A DNA stretch of 64,000 nt from NCBI GenBank assembly GCA_028534125.1, contig CM052816.1, forward strand, positions 37,078,001 through 37,142,000. Reading direction: 5' to 3'. Below the pieces are notes generated by a model that ran no database searches, was not told where the DNA came from, and saw only the letters and a program-made list of their open reading frames with translations. The DNA is from Lama glama (lineage: Eukaryota). The position numbers and the translations under genes are program-made. Of this stretch, positions 1 through 13,150 are shown one piece after another (the first letter of the stretch is position 1; every line of letters starts with the position of its first letter).

Positions 1-1946
1 TAAAGCTAGATTTATAGTTTATTTTTAGGTACTGAAAACAGAAGTTGAATCTTTTATGATTATATTGTTACTTTTTTGAATTATTTTTTGTATTTATTTT
101 CTCTGTCATTTTATAAGCAAGCCAAAACTATGTAGAAAAATGAATATATACATGGCTTTCAGGAAAGTATAATATTGTGTCACCTTCAGATACTAAAAGG
201 AATATTTTTAGACACAATTTTTATGAATTCAAGATCATAGACTCTCCACACAATTTCCTGGTTTGTTTTTTTGTGACTACACACTTCATTGCATAAAAAG
301 TGAGCTAATACTAAATGAGTAGGTGAGAATGCAGATTGTGTGATGTTCATATGGTTTACACAGCAGAGGCAGCTGTTGGTGCCAATTATGTAGTAATAAG
401 CTCGAGTAGCTGCCAAAAGAATAAAACTAAGTTTGACTTGAAAGCAAGTAAGATGATGCTCAAAAGCTTCTGTCTCCCAGGACAAGTAGGTGCCCCTTTT
501 TAATCAATAAATCAAATGGACAAGGACACACTGGCATCATATATGATTTTTTTAGCCATACTAAAATAATGATCTTAAAATCTAAATTTTGAAAAATTCT
601 CTGGAATTTGCAAATACCTAATAAATGTATGGTTTAAATGTATAAGGCCATTTATATCAAGTCACCATGCTGAATATACACGCGTGAGAAATAAGCTAAA
701 CATACAGATTGCCTCACTTATAACAAAGTGTAGCCACCTTTGCAAGGGAATTAAGCAGATGTTTAAAATTTTTCAACGAATTTTCAAAGTGACTTAAAGC
801 AGGAAATGAAGAAAATTATATCCACTTTAAGCCCTAAGAATTCTGTAGACAGACTATAATTATCTGTTATTAAGGCAACTGATATAAAAGATAGAAAACA
901 TCCATCCAGAAAGGAGGTTTCTTCCACTTGCTGGTCCTTTCGAATTTCAGCAAGATGACAAATGAGGAATCCTTTTATATTCTGTGATCTTCCATCTCCT
1001 TTTGAGGTCTGGTCCTTTCATTCACTAATTTATTTGTATACATTTAAAACTTTTTTAGATAGTGAAAAAAAATGTTTTGATAATTAGCCAAGAAATGCAG
1101 CCTGATTAATAGTTGGTAGTCTAAGACATACTTAGCCATTTGTGTCATATATTCCTATATGTAAATTATGGAAAATATTATAAATTCAAAATGTCAAAGC
1201 CTACTTGATGCTGTAGGAAGAGTTTTATGTTTTCATTCTGGTTGTTAAATATCAGGCTCTGAAACTTTCCGCTTCTCCCATAGTTGAGAGAGACAGTAGA
1301 CTGATGGCCTTTGAAATGCCCTGTCTGCCTCTCCAGCACTGGACAGCTGTGAGGGCTTGAGGTCTCCAGTGCTTTAGAATTTTGAAAGTGAAAAATTGTG
1401 CTGCAAATACTGAAAAGAGCCTTTCCTCCGGAGTCTTCCAGAGGATAGAATTTTGGCCCAACGAGTCCTTCATGCTCCATGCTCTGTCTCCTAAACTGAG
1501 AAATTGCCAGTCTTTGCCACTTAGAAAATTCCTTAGAGTTGAGTCTCCCATTTGCTACATGTACTAACGATTTACTAGCAAACCTGTGGCAAAAGAGAAA
1601 TTAATCATCCTTACTCTTTTAACTTACCCAAGGAGATAATATAAAATATTATCTCAAAAAATATAACTTAATAAATTAATAATAATAGAAAATCCAAGAA
1701 GATCCAGTAGCCATGTGAAAAATGCAGGCAAAACATATGGATCAGGCAACTCCTAATGAAATAGAACTGAGGAGAAATGTACACTTCAAAGAAAAATAGT
1801 AAGGACACTAAAAAAGATTCAAGTATATTACAAATAAAACTAGAATTGAAGAAACAAGGACAAAAATAACAGTGAGCTAAGATTTGAGAACACATTTCTA
1901 GTGAATACCATGCTTCATTGTCTGTTTTCAACTTGGATTCACCAAT

Positions 1947-2323
1947 GACAAGTCCAAGATCAAGGTATCTGAAGGGCTGATTTCTCCTGAGCCGTGTCCT
2001 TTGCTTTGAGATGCTTTCCTTCTTGCTCTTGGTCCTCACATGGCCATCCCTCTGTGCCCTCCTCCCCTGATACATGTCCTCATGCCTCCCTTTGTGCCCT
2101 CATTGCCTTTCTTACGAGGAACCTGTAAAACTGGATTAGTATGTCCTAATCTCCTCTTCTTATAAGGACACCAGAATATTGAATTAGGGGCCGCTCTAAG
2201 GATCTTATTTTAATATAACTATTTCTTTAAGGGATCTTTCTCAAAGTACAGTCAGATTCTTACAGACTGGGGTCTAGGGCTTCAACTCACCAGTTTTGGA
2301 GGCAATGTAATTCAGTCCACACA
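1947..2323 (-). mobile_element. ERVL-MaLR solo LTR, MLT1A/MLT1A0-like
   Basis: Matches recalled MLT1A-type motifs in antisense: AAGTCCAAGATCAAGGT, GTCCTCACATGGCC, CTAATCTCCTCTTCTTATAAGGACACCAG and GGGCTTCAAC...AATTCAGTCCA. Confidence 0.8.
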
Positions 2324-2555
2324 CCTGCTTAGAAATTCTTAGGAATTTCAGTGGCTTTTCAGTGAGCTACTGAGAAGGACCCACTTTGGTGCTTCAGCCT
2401 GAGGTGCTTCATTGGCTTTTGACAGTGTTTCTCTAATTGTCGTGGTGGTGTACCTGGTGTTTTCTTCCTCAGTTTCTGCATAGTTATAGAAGTGACTAAT
2501 TCTCAGTTTTAAACTCATACAACCAGCATATAGAGTGATTCTTCCCTTCTACCTT

Positions 2556-2629
2556 TATCTGTTTATGTATCTGTCTATGTATTTATCTGTGTATCTATCT
2601 ATCTATTTAGCTACCTGTCTATTTCTATC
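2556..2629. repeat. Degenerate (TATC)n-like simple repeat
   Basis: Run of tatct/tatgt/tattt units seen directly. Confidence 0.7.
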
Positions 2630-2924
2630 TGTATTAGTTTGCTAGGGCTGCCAGCAAAACACAGACTTTCTGGGTAGGGTTGGTTTCTTCTGAGACCTTT
2701 TTCCTTGACTTATAGATGTCCATCTTTTCCTTGTGTCTTTATTTTATCTTCCCTCTGTATCTGTCTATGCTCAAATTTACTCTTGTAAAGACACCTGTCA
2801 TATTGGACTTGGCCTCACCCTAGTGAATTCATAACCTAAATTTTGTCTCCATATACAGTCATGTTCTGAGGTACTTTAGGACTTCAACATATCTATTTTA
2901 GGAGAACACAGTTCAGCCCATAAC
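2630..2924 (-). mobile_element. ERVL-MaLR solo LTR, MLT1A0-like, internally deleted
   Basis: Starts TGTATTAGTTTGCTAGGGCTGCC, contains GGGTTGGTTTCTTCTGAG and TTCTGAGGTACT...AGGACTTCAACATAT, and ends ACACAGTTCAGCCCATAAC. Both recalled MLT1A0 termini are present. Confidence 0.85.
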
Positions 2925-3094
2925 TAACTGTTTATTGTTCTATCTACTTATGACTCAAGTAACTGATAAATTATATGAAAGCGATTTGTACACTGCATGA
3001 TGTGTTATGTATATACACAGCATATGTTCTTAAGAATAAAGGCTTTCTTCTACCTTATGTAGGACTACATCATAGTGAATAGAAGGGCATTTGA

Positions 3095-3475
3095 AGTCAG
3101 AGAGACATATTTCTGTTGGCTTAGTAGAAAACAAACACTTTTACTGAGAACAGACTTTGTATCATGTATCAAGGAACTGAAGGTGTCCTCTAGAAGCCAT
3201 GAGTGGTTCTTGGCAACAGGTAGCAGGAAAATGGGGACCTTCATAATGGAACTACAAGGAAATGACTCTGCCAAAATCAATGGGCTTGGAAGAGAATCTT
3301 GAGCCCTAGATGAGAACAAAAGCCCCTGCCAACTCTTTGATTTCAGTCTAGTAATATCCTGAGCAGAGACTCTTGCTAACTCTGACTCCTGACCATGGAG
3401 GGTGTGATATAATAAATTTATGTTGTTTTAAGCTACTTAGTTTGTGGTAATCTGTTACACAGTATTAAAACTACA
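3095..3475 (+). mobile_element. ERVL-MaLR LTR, MLT1F/G/H-like
   Basis: CAAGGAACTGAAGG...CCTCTAGAAGC, AGCAGGAAAATGGGGACCT, ACAAGGAAATGACTCTGCCAA, and the 3' end AATAAATTTATGTTGTTTTAAGCTACTTAGTTTGTGGTAATCTGTTACACAG. Confidence 0.8.
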
Positions 3476-3496
3476 ACACTCTTCTTTTTGGACTAG

Positions 3497-3672
3497 GCCA
3501 TTTAGAAACATTGGTACATATTCTGGATTGTCACAATTTGGAGGATCCTATTTTCATCTAATAAATAGAGGCCAGGAATTCTGCTAAATATCCTACAGTA
3601 CACAAGGCAGCCCCTCAAAGCACAGGATTATGCAGCCCTAAAAGTTAATAGTGCCAAGGTTCTGAAACACTG
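3497..3672 (+). mobile_element. MER20 (hAT-Charlie non-autonomous DNA transposon), 5'-truncated
   Basis: TTGTCACAA...TAGAGGCCAGGAATTCTGCTAAATATCCTACAGTACACAAGGCAGCCCC...AATAGTGCCAAGGTTCTGAAACACTG follows the recalled MER20 consensus. Confidence 0.85.
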
Positions 3673-5064
3673 GATTAGGCTATTTTATTAGAATCATCTG
3701 TGGTGGAAGAGGAAAACTCTGTTTGAGTTAGAATCTTGAGAATATAAATAACTTTTTAGTAGTAAATTAGGGATTTTTACTAAGTGCATAAATTTTCTTT
3801 GGAATATCAGCATATAATTAAATGCTACCTAACAACATTCCAAACTTGCCACTGCTTACATATAAGAAGTAAGTCTTAAATTACATCTTGGTATTAATAA
3901 AAATTACCACTTACATGAGAAAATCAAAGATCATATGGGTTTAGAACATTTTTCTCCAGATGTATAAAATGTTTGAATATATTTTTTCTTTGTTGTTTAC
4001 TTTCTGGAAATATTCTTATACACTTTGCATGGTTTCCGTTGCAGGATTTATTTGGTAGGAGTAATCGAATATTTGGCTTCTGCACTCCCTTCACATTCCA
4101 GTCCCTTTCTCATCAAGAAACTTTCTAGGTCCCTGGAAAAATACCTATTCAAAAAATGTGATGCATGTCACAGGATTCCAAAGTTTGTGGGTGGCAAGAA
4201 TACACAAAGAAGAGATTATCATGCCTTTAATAATTCCAAAGCAAAAGACTCTTTAGGAACTTGAAGACTTATGTGTAGACAAAAAGGTCTGTAATAGGAA
4301 ATATATAAATAGGAGTTAGTGTTGGGCCACTTTTATCCCTGGGATATGATAAATTAAATAAGACATGAGTATACGTTTGGAGTCCATTTTCTTCAGAGCT
4401 GTTTTTAAATTCTTGATACTCAGCAGAACTCTTTAGGATTAGCACAGCTTCTTTGAGGAGAATTTAAAATAATAGAAAAATCATTCTAAAAACACAGAAT
4501 TCCTGTAAGTTACTGTCAGCTGTCAATCAATGAGATTCCACAGTACAGATCCTCTGTCATTTGGTATGAATTCCAACACTCTCTTTCTGACATGAACCAT
4601 CAGCACATTTAACAGAGAACGGATAAGATGAGCATGAAGAAGTCTTTGTGACAAGATTGCAAAAACATGTTGAATATCAAGGTCCATTTACAGGGGATAA
4701 AAATATAGAAAATCTGATCCTTGTTGTTCATAAGTCTCTGTCTTGACTAAGTCTTCAATATCAAATTACTACTGCAAAATAAGATCTCCCTGTCTTCCTA
4801 GTCATATTCTCAAGTTTCTGCAAAGACGAATGTCTTATGATTTGTGACTATTCTTTCCTATTTATAATTAGAGTGTCCTTCAAGGAGAATAGAAAGGCAA
4901 ATAGCAAAGAACTAAGTAAATGTGAAGTTTTATCCAGAAGTGATTTATCTGATAAGCTCAGCTATCTCAAATTTACCAAGAATATAAAGTATCAAAAGAT
5001 TTACCAGAGCAATCAAAACAAATGTTAGCATATCCATACATGAATAATATGGGCAGGCACATGC

Positions 5065-5158
5065 AGTGCTTATTGTAAGTCAGATCCAGTTCAGAATGCT
5101 GCCATTAGATAGCAACTCACTTAATCCTCATGGCAACCTTACGAGATAAGCACTGTAT
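5065..5158 (-). mobile_element. MIR SINE fragment
   Basis: AACTCACTTAATCCTCATGGCAACCTTACGAGATAAGCACTG resembles the antisense MIR core; it is cut off by the adjacent L1. Confidence 0.65.
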
Positions 5159-6725
5159 TTTCCTCCTGCTGTTTTCAAATTTTTCTCTTTGTCTTTGTCT
5201 TTCAGTATTTTTACTATCATTTATTTATGTATAGATCTCTTTACATTGATCCTATTTGGAGTTGGTTGAGATTCTTGGTTGTGTAAGTTAATACTTAACA
5301 GCAAATTCAGGAAGTTTTAACCACTCTTTCTTTGAATATTTTTCTCAGTTCCTTTCTCTTTCTCCTTTCCTTCTTGTGTTCCCATTATGCTATATTGGTA
5401 CACTTAAAGGAGCCTCACATTTCTCTGAGGCCCTGTTGACATTTCTTCTTTACGTTTTCTCCCTATTCTTTAGATTGTGTAAACCCCATGGATCCAACTC
5501 CCAGTCTGCTGATGCTTTCTTCTTGCAGTTCAGATGTATCATTTTATTCCTCTAAAGAATTTTTGATTTTGAATATTGTGCTTTTCAACTCTAGAATTTC
5601 CATTTGCTTTTAAAAATTATTTCTAATCCTTTATCCATATTTTCTATTTGATGAGCTATTGTCTTTATATCTTCCTGTACTTCTTTAAGCATGGCTTCCA
5701 TTAGTTCCTCGAACATGTTTATAATGGTTGCCTTAGAGTCTACCTGTTAAATCAGACAGCTTCTGTTGTCTTATTTTTCATGTTTGCTTTTACCATGTAT
5801 AGGTCAAAGTTTCTGTTTGCTGCCTGGCTCATAATTTCTTGATGAAAGCAGGACATTTTCAGCAACTTACTTTAGCAACACCGAATACTGATTGTTTATT
5901 TCCTCTCCAGAGCTTCTTTTCTTTTTATTTGTTTATTTGTTTGGGGACTTGGCTATTTTACTGAAATTAGTTTCTATATACTGTGCAACTTTTGGTGTCC
6001 TTGGAGGGTACAAACAACCTTGACATACACACAGTCACTCTGAGACGGCCGTGTTCTGGCCCCAGCGTCTGTTCTTAGCTATCTCTTGTTCTTGTTCTCT
6101 CTGATGAACTAGATGGGTCTGTGACTTAGCTTGTTGTTCTTAATTCAGTTGTTCTTTTCAAGAGCTCCTTGTAAAGGAACTTCCCCAAACTTGTTTCAAA
6201 TAAAGGCAGTAACCTGGGGGAGAACTTTGGAGCTCTCTATTTTCCTCTCCTTCTTGGAAAACTCTCTGAGCCATTACTCTGTTTGTGTTGGATGTGGCTG
6301 TAGCCTCTGGTCCCCCTGGATTGCCTCTCCCAGCACAGAAATTCTGCCCAACCAGCAAGTTGGAGTGAGGACACTTATGTCCCCAGTATTTTTGGCTGGC
6401 TGTGCCTGACAGAGAACCTCTATCTGATGTGTGGGGACTTGGTAGAGGAAGGGAGCTGTTGACCTACTGGATATAGTCACCAGGCACTTAGCTCCTTAAG
6501 CTTTGTGTTAGAGGGGGTAAGCAATGTTGGTGTCCTGACCCCCCACCATTCTTGCAGAATTTTAGGAGATTTTCTTAATATATTTTCCTTTAATATAATG
6601 CCTTTAGTGTTTCCCTAGGATAATTTTCAGAAATCTTATTTATAATACCAGTGATTTTCACCAGCTTTGATTGTTTCTCTAGAGAGAAGTTCTGCAGAGC
6701 TCTTCATGGTGCCATCATGAATGTA
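5159..6725 (-). mobile_element. Ancient LINE-1 (L1M-type) 5' UTR and ORF1 region
   Basis: T-rich antisense ORF1-like tract (TTTTCTCTTTGTCTTTG, AAATTCAGGAAGTTTT, ATTTCTCTGAGGCCCTG, TTTTCAACTCTAGAATTTCCATTTG) grading into a GC-richer 5' UTR ending near AGAGCTCTTCATGGTGCCATCATG. Confidence 0.7.
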
Positions 6726-7134
6726 AAATCAATACTTTTTAAGGATACTTGCAGTACTATATTATATTCATTATATTATTTCATTAACATAAATAACAAT
6801 ATCCTTCCTCAATAATGTGAGACAAATGAGGTATAACCATAAATGCTTAGAATCAATTTAAGAATATTCTAATTGTACTTATCTTGGTTAAAAAAAAAAC
6901 TTAAAATGAAAAACGTAATAACTCTCTAATACAGTTAGTTGTTGCCAGCAACTGGGTCACAAATTTAAAAATATCATTTATAAGCTCCACGACACATCCT
7001 TGAAAATTCATTACTTGCCTTTTATTATAATTTTCATACTACAGAGCCTTTTATCCCCAACTGCTCATCCCTACCCCTGCCATCCCACCAGCCCACAGAG
7101 ATAGTTTCTTTCAGAACACTTTGAGGCATTTCTT

Positions 7135-8756
7135 TTTCTTTTTTTTAATTGAAGTATAATTGATTTACAATATTGTGTTACTTTCAGGTATACAGCATAG
7201 TGGTTCAGTTATATATGTATTTTTCATATTATTTTCCATTATAGGTTGTTACAAGATATTGAATATAGTTTCCTATGTTATACAGTAACTCCTTGCTGCT
7301 TATCTATTTTATGTATAGTAGTTTCTATCTGTTAATCTCGTACTCCTGATTTATCCCTCTGTATCATCCCTTTCCTCTTTGGTAACCATAAGTTTGCTTT
7401 CTATGTCTGTGAATCTCTTTCTGTTTGTAGATGGATTCATTTGTGTTATCTTTTAGATTCCACATATAAGTGGTGTTGTATACTATTTGTCTTTCTCTGC
7501 CTGACTTACTTCGCTTAGTATGATATTTTCTAGGTCCATTCCTGTTGCTGCAAATAGCAATATATCATTATTTTTATGGCTGAATAATATTCTATTGTAT
7601 GTATACACCACATTTTCTTAAACCAATAATCTGTTGATGGACACCTGGAATGTTTCAGTGTCTTGGCTATAGTAAATAGTGATGCTATGAATATTTATGA
7701 ACAGTAAATTGAGGTACATGTATCTTTTTGAATTAGAGTTTTCATCTTTTCTGGATATATGCTCAGGAGTGGAATTGCTAGGTCATTTCATAGCTTTATT
7801 TTTAATTTTTAAAGGAAACTCCATACTGTCTTCCACAACGGCTGTACCAATTTACATTCCCACCAACAGTGTAAGAGGGTTCCCTTTTCTCCACATTCTT
7901 TCTAGCATTTATCATTTGTGGACTTTCAAATGATGACCCTTTTAAATGGTGTGAGGTAATACCTCATTGTAATTTTGTTTTGCATTTCTCTGATAATTAG
8001 TGATATTGAACATTTTTTCATGTGCCTATTGGCCATTAGTATGTCTTCACTGGAGAAGTGCTTGTGTAGGTCTTCTGCCCATTTTTGTTTTTCCTTCGTA
8101 ATTTGATGGTTGTCTTTTGTATTATACTTGAATTCCTTTCCTTTTGGTTTTTATTAATCTATTGTATATTTTTTGATTTGTGGTTATCCTGGCTTTCAAA
8201 TATGTTAATCCATATATATCTACTTCATCTAGATTGATAGGCATGTAAGTTCAAACACATTCTAAAAGGTCTACATTTTTTACTCTCCTTCCCCTACATT
8301 CTGGGATTTTGATGTCCTATTTTACATCTTCATGTTTATCCTTTTGCTATTAGTTGTAGTAATAATTGCTTTTACAAAAATTTGGTGGCTTTTAATCTGT
8401 TTACTGGCTTGTTTAAGTGATTTTCAATCCTTTAATATATTTGCCTTTCCTATTGTGATTTTCCCTTTCTTTTAGATTTTTGCTTCTTTCCTATTTAGAT
8501 AAGAACTTTCAATACTTCTTTTAGGTTAGGTTTGCTGTAACTTTTAGTTTTTGCTTGCCTCAGAAATTCTTTATGTCTCTGCTATGGAAAATGATAGCCT
8601 TCCTGGGGCAGAGTACCCTAAGTTGCACATTTTTCCCTTTCAGGACTTTGAATACCTCTTGCCACTCCCTTCTGGCCTGCAAAGTTTCTGTCGAGAAATC
8701 AGCTAATAGCCTTCTGGGAATTCCTTTGTGACTGACTCCATGTTTTTTTCTTGCTG
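7135..8756 (-). mobile_element. LINE-1 (cetartiodactyl-type), 5'-truncated and internally deleted, with 13-bp TSD
   Basis: Poly-T then TTAATTGAAGTATAATTGATTTACAATATTGTGTTA (L1 3' end); antisense 3' UTR and ORF2 end to about 8087; then inter-ORF and ORF1 sequence. ORF 8560-8781(-) contains the ORF1p motif KGIPRRLLADFSTETLQARREWQEVFKVLKGKN. TGAGGCATTTCTT flanks it at 7122-7134 and 8757-8769. Confidence 0.92.
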
Positions 8757-8959
8757 TGAGGCATTTCTTAATTATCACCAATATCTTTATAATATTTATT
8801 ATTATTTTTATTCCCAGAATTTCAAACTTAATTTATTTTTCTCCTGGATTGAGCATCAGGAACATTAGGATGAATAAGTATTGGTTTGGGATTAATTTGT
8901 TCTATGAACATTGATAGATACTTGCTTTCCATCAGTTACTAGTCTAAGCACAGGAATTG

Positions 8960-9970
8960 AGGAAGTTCAATGAGATATGAGGTATGATTCCAGCTTTTAG
9001 TGAGCTTATCATAATGTAATGGGCAAAGAGAATTTAAGAGACTATATAAATGTAGTATTTTATTATGACAAATAAAACATTTTAAAATTGTAGAGTTAGT
9101 GCCTGTAAACATGAGTGGTCATTTTTATTTGGTCTGGAAAGTTGCCAAACAGCTTTCCAGTGTTTGTATGTCTTGACATGCAGCTTCAGTACCCTAGGTA
9201 TAGTTATAAAACACAGGCAGTTGGGGATGAACATATAGTTCTATTTGATATCTATGGTTCATGGAAGCAGACTGTGAAGACATTCAGAGAGTTTGGCAGG
9301 GACCATATTAAGATGAACCCTTTGTACTTTGCTAAGGATTCTTCACTTTATCTAGCAGGCAACAGGAAGCAACTGAATTAATAGACTAAAATTGGGAGAT
9401 AATGGGGATTGCATTTTCATTCTTGTTATTAGCTTTATAAAGATTTCTCTGGCGCATTTTGAAAGAAAAAGTAGTACCTGGACTAGTTAATAGACTAGAT
9501 TGATAGTTGGGTAAGAGATGTTTGCCTGAAATAAGGCAGCAAGTGTAGAGAGATGAAGCAGGGAGGAAGATATAAAAGTCGCTTAAAAACAGGACTGAGT
9601 TACCAGTTATGTAAAGACTGAAAGGAATAAAATATTTGAAGACAAAGTCTAGGTTTTATGATTGTGTGACCCCAATGATGGTGATGTAATTAAAGAGTAT
9701 TGATTTCTGGAGGAAAATTAATGCTTTCAGTTGTACACACCATGGTTTTAATACACCCAGGGGACAACAGTTATTCATGCTCAGTAGGCAGTTCAATATA
9801 TAGGCTTGAGGTGCAAGAGCAGAATCTGTGCTGAGGATATATATCCGGAAAATATTCACCGGTAGCAATTCATTAAGTCGTCGAAGTGAAGAAAACATCA
9901 GTTTAAAAATTTGAAGTCTGAAGAACAGAACTCTGGGGGAAAACAACAGTGAGGGGAAAGGCCAAAGAGA
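8960..9970 (-). mobile_element. LINE-2 fragments, highly decayed
   Basis: Purine-rich tract with L2-like phrases (TTTGCTAAGGATTCTTCACTTTATCT...GGCAACAGGAAGCAACTGAA; CAGTAGGCAGTTCAATATATAGGCTTGAGGTGCAAGAG). Confidence 0.6.
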
Positions 9971-11558
9971 ATTCATTTAGGACAGTAGTCTGTCTTTCCT
10001 ACATTAATAGTTATCTGAGTTTTCCCCCTTTAATTCACTAATTTATTAAATGATAATTTAAGGTCAAGAGATCTAGCCCCTGATTTTTTTTAATGTAGGA
10101 AACCATGGTGATACATACTAATACAAGCAAATAACTCAGAAAACAGTTGTATGGAAACTATTCACATTTTATCAGAGAAACAAATTAATATGAGAAATTA
10201 TTTTTAAAGTATAAGTACATGTATGTATCAGTGATTAAACAGCTGTTCTAAAAGCTTTACTTAAGTAAATTAACAGATGTATCTGATGCATTTGCCAAGA
10301 CTCCAGTTTGAAATGCCTTAGTGAATTCCCCTAGACAATTTAAGCATATATTTATCTTCATTTATGGTCATTTATTCATTCATTGAAGATTTATATTCTC
10401 TTATATTTTAATCAAAGTTTTTATTTGTGGATATTACCCATTTAAGGGATTAAATAAGTCAGTATATGAGGCTATGTGATTAGACAAATGACCTTTTAAA
10501 TTTTTTCCAATAATAGTTTTTACAGAATCTTATAAACAAGATATTTAAAACATTTTTCCTATACACTGGGCCTTTGCATTCTGTGAAGTTCCATTCTCCA
10601 TAATTTACAGTTCTGTACAATTTACAGTGCTTTATAATTCTGTGAGAAAACATTTTTAACTCATCTAGACTTTGGAATCCATAGAATGCAAGTGCCTTGC
10701 CTGTGTTCCAGTTATGTAAAGACATAATAAGGGAATGCAGGAGATTTGAACAAGTTGTGTTTGATTCCCAGCATCATCTTTTCTTCCACAGTGTCCTATC
10801 ATCTTGTAAGGGGATCTGGTTCTAGATAAGACCAGAAGACACACAGAGAGTGTATGTAACCTTTCCTCAAAAAATCCATTATACTGTTCACAAAGTTCAT
10901 TATATATGGTTTTGCATTAATTATATGGTTCCTCAATAATTCCAACATAGCCAAATATTTCTTCACTGTTTGAAGAGCTAGTAGATTAAAATTTGATTTG
11001 TGCTCTGAGACTAGGTAGATAAATATGGATACAGATAAATACACTTTTAGATATCCATATAGGCGCACACATACGTACATATACATACACATAGGCATAG
11101 ATTTAAACAGATAGCCGAGATCTTTGTTACAGTCTTTGCTAAGTACAAATAATTAAATGCAGAGAAGTTTACTCCTTTGTACTCTCTGCCAGACCTTGCT
11201 TTTCCTCTGAAGAACTGAAGTTTATGTATAAAATATTGTTGAAAGGAAGTAACCGTCTATAAAGACTTGCTCAGTATTACAAAGTAGAAAGTGAATTAGA
11301 ACAGGAAATGAGAGACAGAAGAGATTTTTTCTGTCAAGCCTGTGCTAAAGTTCCCACTCTTTTTCTAGTGACACTTGTGAGACACTAGTGACATAATCTT
11401 GAGGCAGTTATTTTGAAATGAAGATCTATGTATTCAATTTTCATACAAAAGTTTTACTTTTGACACAAGCATTGGCAATGTTGAATTAGAATAAGTGTTG
11501 TCCTCAGTTATTCTCTTATATAACTGAATTAAATAGAACTAGTATATTGAGGGAAAGA

Positions 11559-11612
11559 TGTGTGTGTGTATGTATACATATATGTATAGAGAGAGAGAGA
11601 GAGAGAGAGAGA
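11559..11612. repeat. Compound microsatellite (TG)n-(TA-rich)-(GA)n
   Basis: Seen directly: tgtgtgtgtgta...tagagagagagagagagagagagaga. Confidence 0.95.
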
Positions 11613-12739
11613 AATGTTGTAAGGTATTAAATGTTCCCATACATTTTTAGTATCTTGCAGCTGTAAAAATACAGATATAACTAATTACCTTGGAGATGTT
11701 TGAAATTCTACTTTCGTACATAGGCTGTACACTAAAATTGTCATTTTTAAAAATTAGAACAGAACCCATGACAGACTAAAGGAAGTGTCAAGTTTTGATG
11801 AACATTCTGTTTGCACTGAAATACATAATATGATTGTAGATGAAAATTTGGGAGAGTTGAACTTTCAATCATAAAATAAATATACTTAAGTTACTGAGAC
11901 TTTACTTTCTTCTTTTCTGAATTGGAAGATTTCCATAACTATGCTTGAATTTGAAGACCTCACAACTAGGAACTATTTTCTACAGAGACTTTCCTGGAAA
12001 TTCTACACAGAAGAAAAACACTGCATGCCATATGTGGTGATGCAGCATACTTCCTATTTTTGAACCAGATGGACTAAAGATAAAATGATGAAATGAAAGT
12101 TTCTCTTTAGTATACTTAGCAATATGTCAAATAAAACTATTAATATTGATTTATCCAATCATCTTTTAAGTTTGAAAATCACCCTTGCTGGGACAAAAGG
12201 AGATGAAAAATTGGAACCTGATTGTAAAGGTTTTTGAAAAGGGAAGTTTTATGACTAGTGTTGTATCTAATCTTCATCTCACTAATGTGAAATGATGAGA
12301 CTAGGGATTACAGGCTGCCAACATTTTACCAGATGATAACTAGGAGAAGACAAGGGCAAGGGGCAGTAGTGCTGTGCAGCCAAAAACATTATTTCCTGTT
12401 CTCAGCCAATGAAGTGTATTTTTTTGGAAAATATCACTATCCTCCCTCACTGTGCATATCATATATTTTTTAATTACCAGATGAAATAGCAGCATTAAAA
12501 TATCTTGAAAAAGTGCTTTGTTTGTATTCCCTTAAGGAGTTTTAAAGATCTTTTTTTTTTTGATCAATAAATTTCTATAGATGAAGAGTCAGTTCAAGAA
12601 GACAACTTGATTCTTTTCTTTGCACCTAGAAGACCCTACTTCATTTCTTGTCCTTAACTTACCTCTCTCCTTTTCAGTTGATAAAGTGCTACCATGCTGC
12701 CTGTAATTTGATCCTCAGGTCTTCGTGGTTAACACATTC

Positions 12740-13150
12740 ATACCAAATCATTTATGATCCCAGTGTTATTGCTTGTTGACACATTCTAATCTTCCATAGT
12801 TTTATGCCCTTTTACTAGTTATTTTCTCAGTTGAAGCTCTCCTACTTTATCTATCAAGTACTTTATCAAAAGCCACCTCCGTTATGAGGATTTCTAGGTT
12901 TTCCCAGGCAGAACTAGTTGTCTCCTCCTGTGTAGTTCTACAACCCTTTACACATGCTGCCATTTTAGCATTTTTTTTCTTTTGTAAAATATATTTTTAT
13001 TGAAGTATAGTCTTTTTATGCTGCACTGTCATTATGTGTCCAGGTGTGTCTAGAACACTAAGCACCTAGAACACCCAGGATACACACATTACTCCACTCA
13101 CCAAGCATAATTCTGAGTATAAAATGGGCAGTGTAGATGTTCAGTGAAAG
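12740..13150 (+). mobile_element. LINE-2 3' region
   Basis: CAAAAGCCACCTCCGTTATGAGG...TTCCCAGGCAGAACTAGTTGTCTCCTCCTGTGTAGTTC resembles the L2b/c 3' end. Confidence 0.55.
12971..13012 (-). mobile_element. Very short LINE-1 3' tail nested in L2
   Basis: T-run followed by TTTTTATTGAAGTATAGTC, the same type of terminal motif as the L1 at 7135. Confidence 0.55.

Noticed and set aside
1200..1880. GC-richer then A-rich stretch with overlapping ORFs
   Set aside because: Possibly an old L1/HAL1 5' region, but I cannot support a family call and there is no gene evidence.
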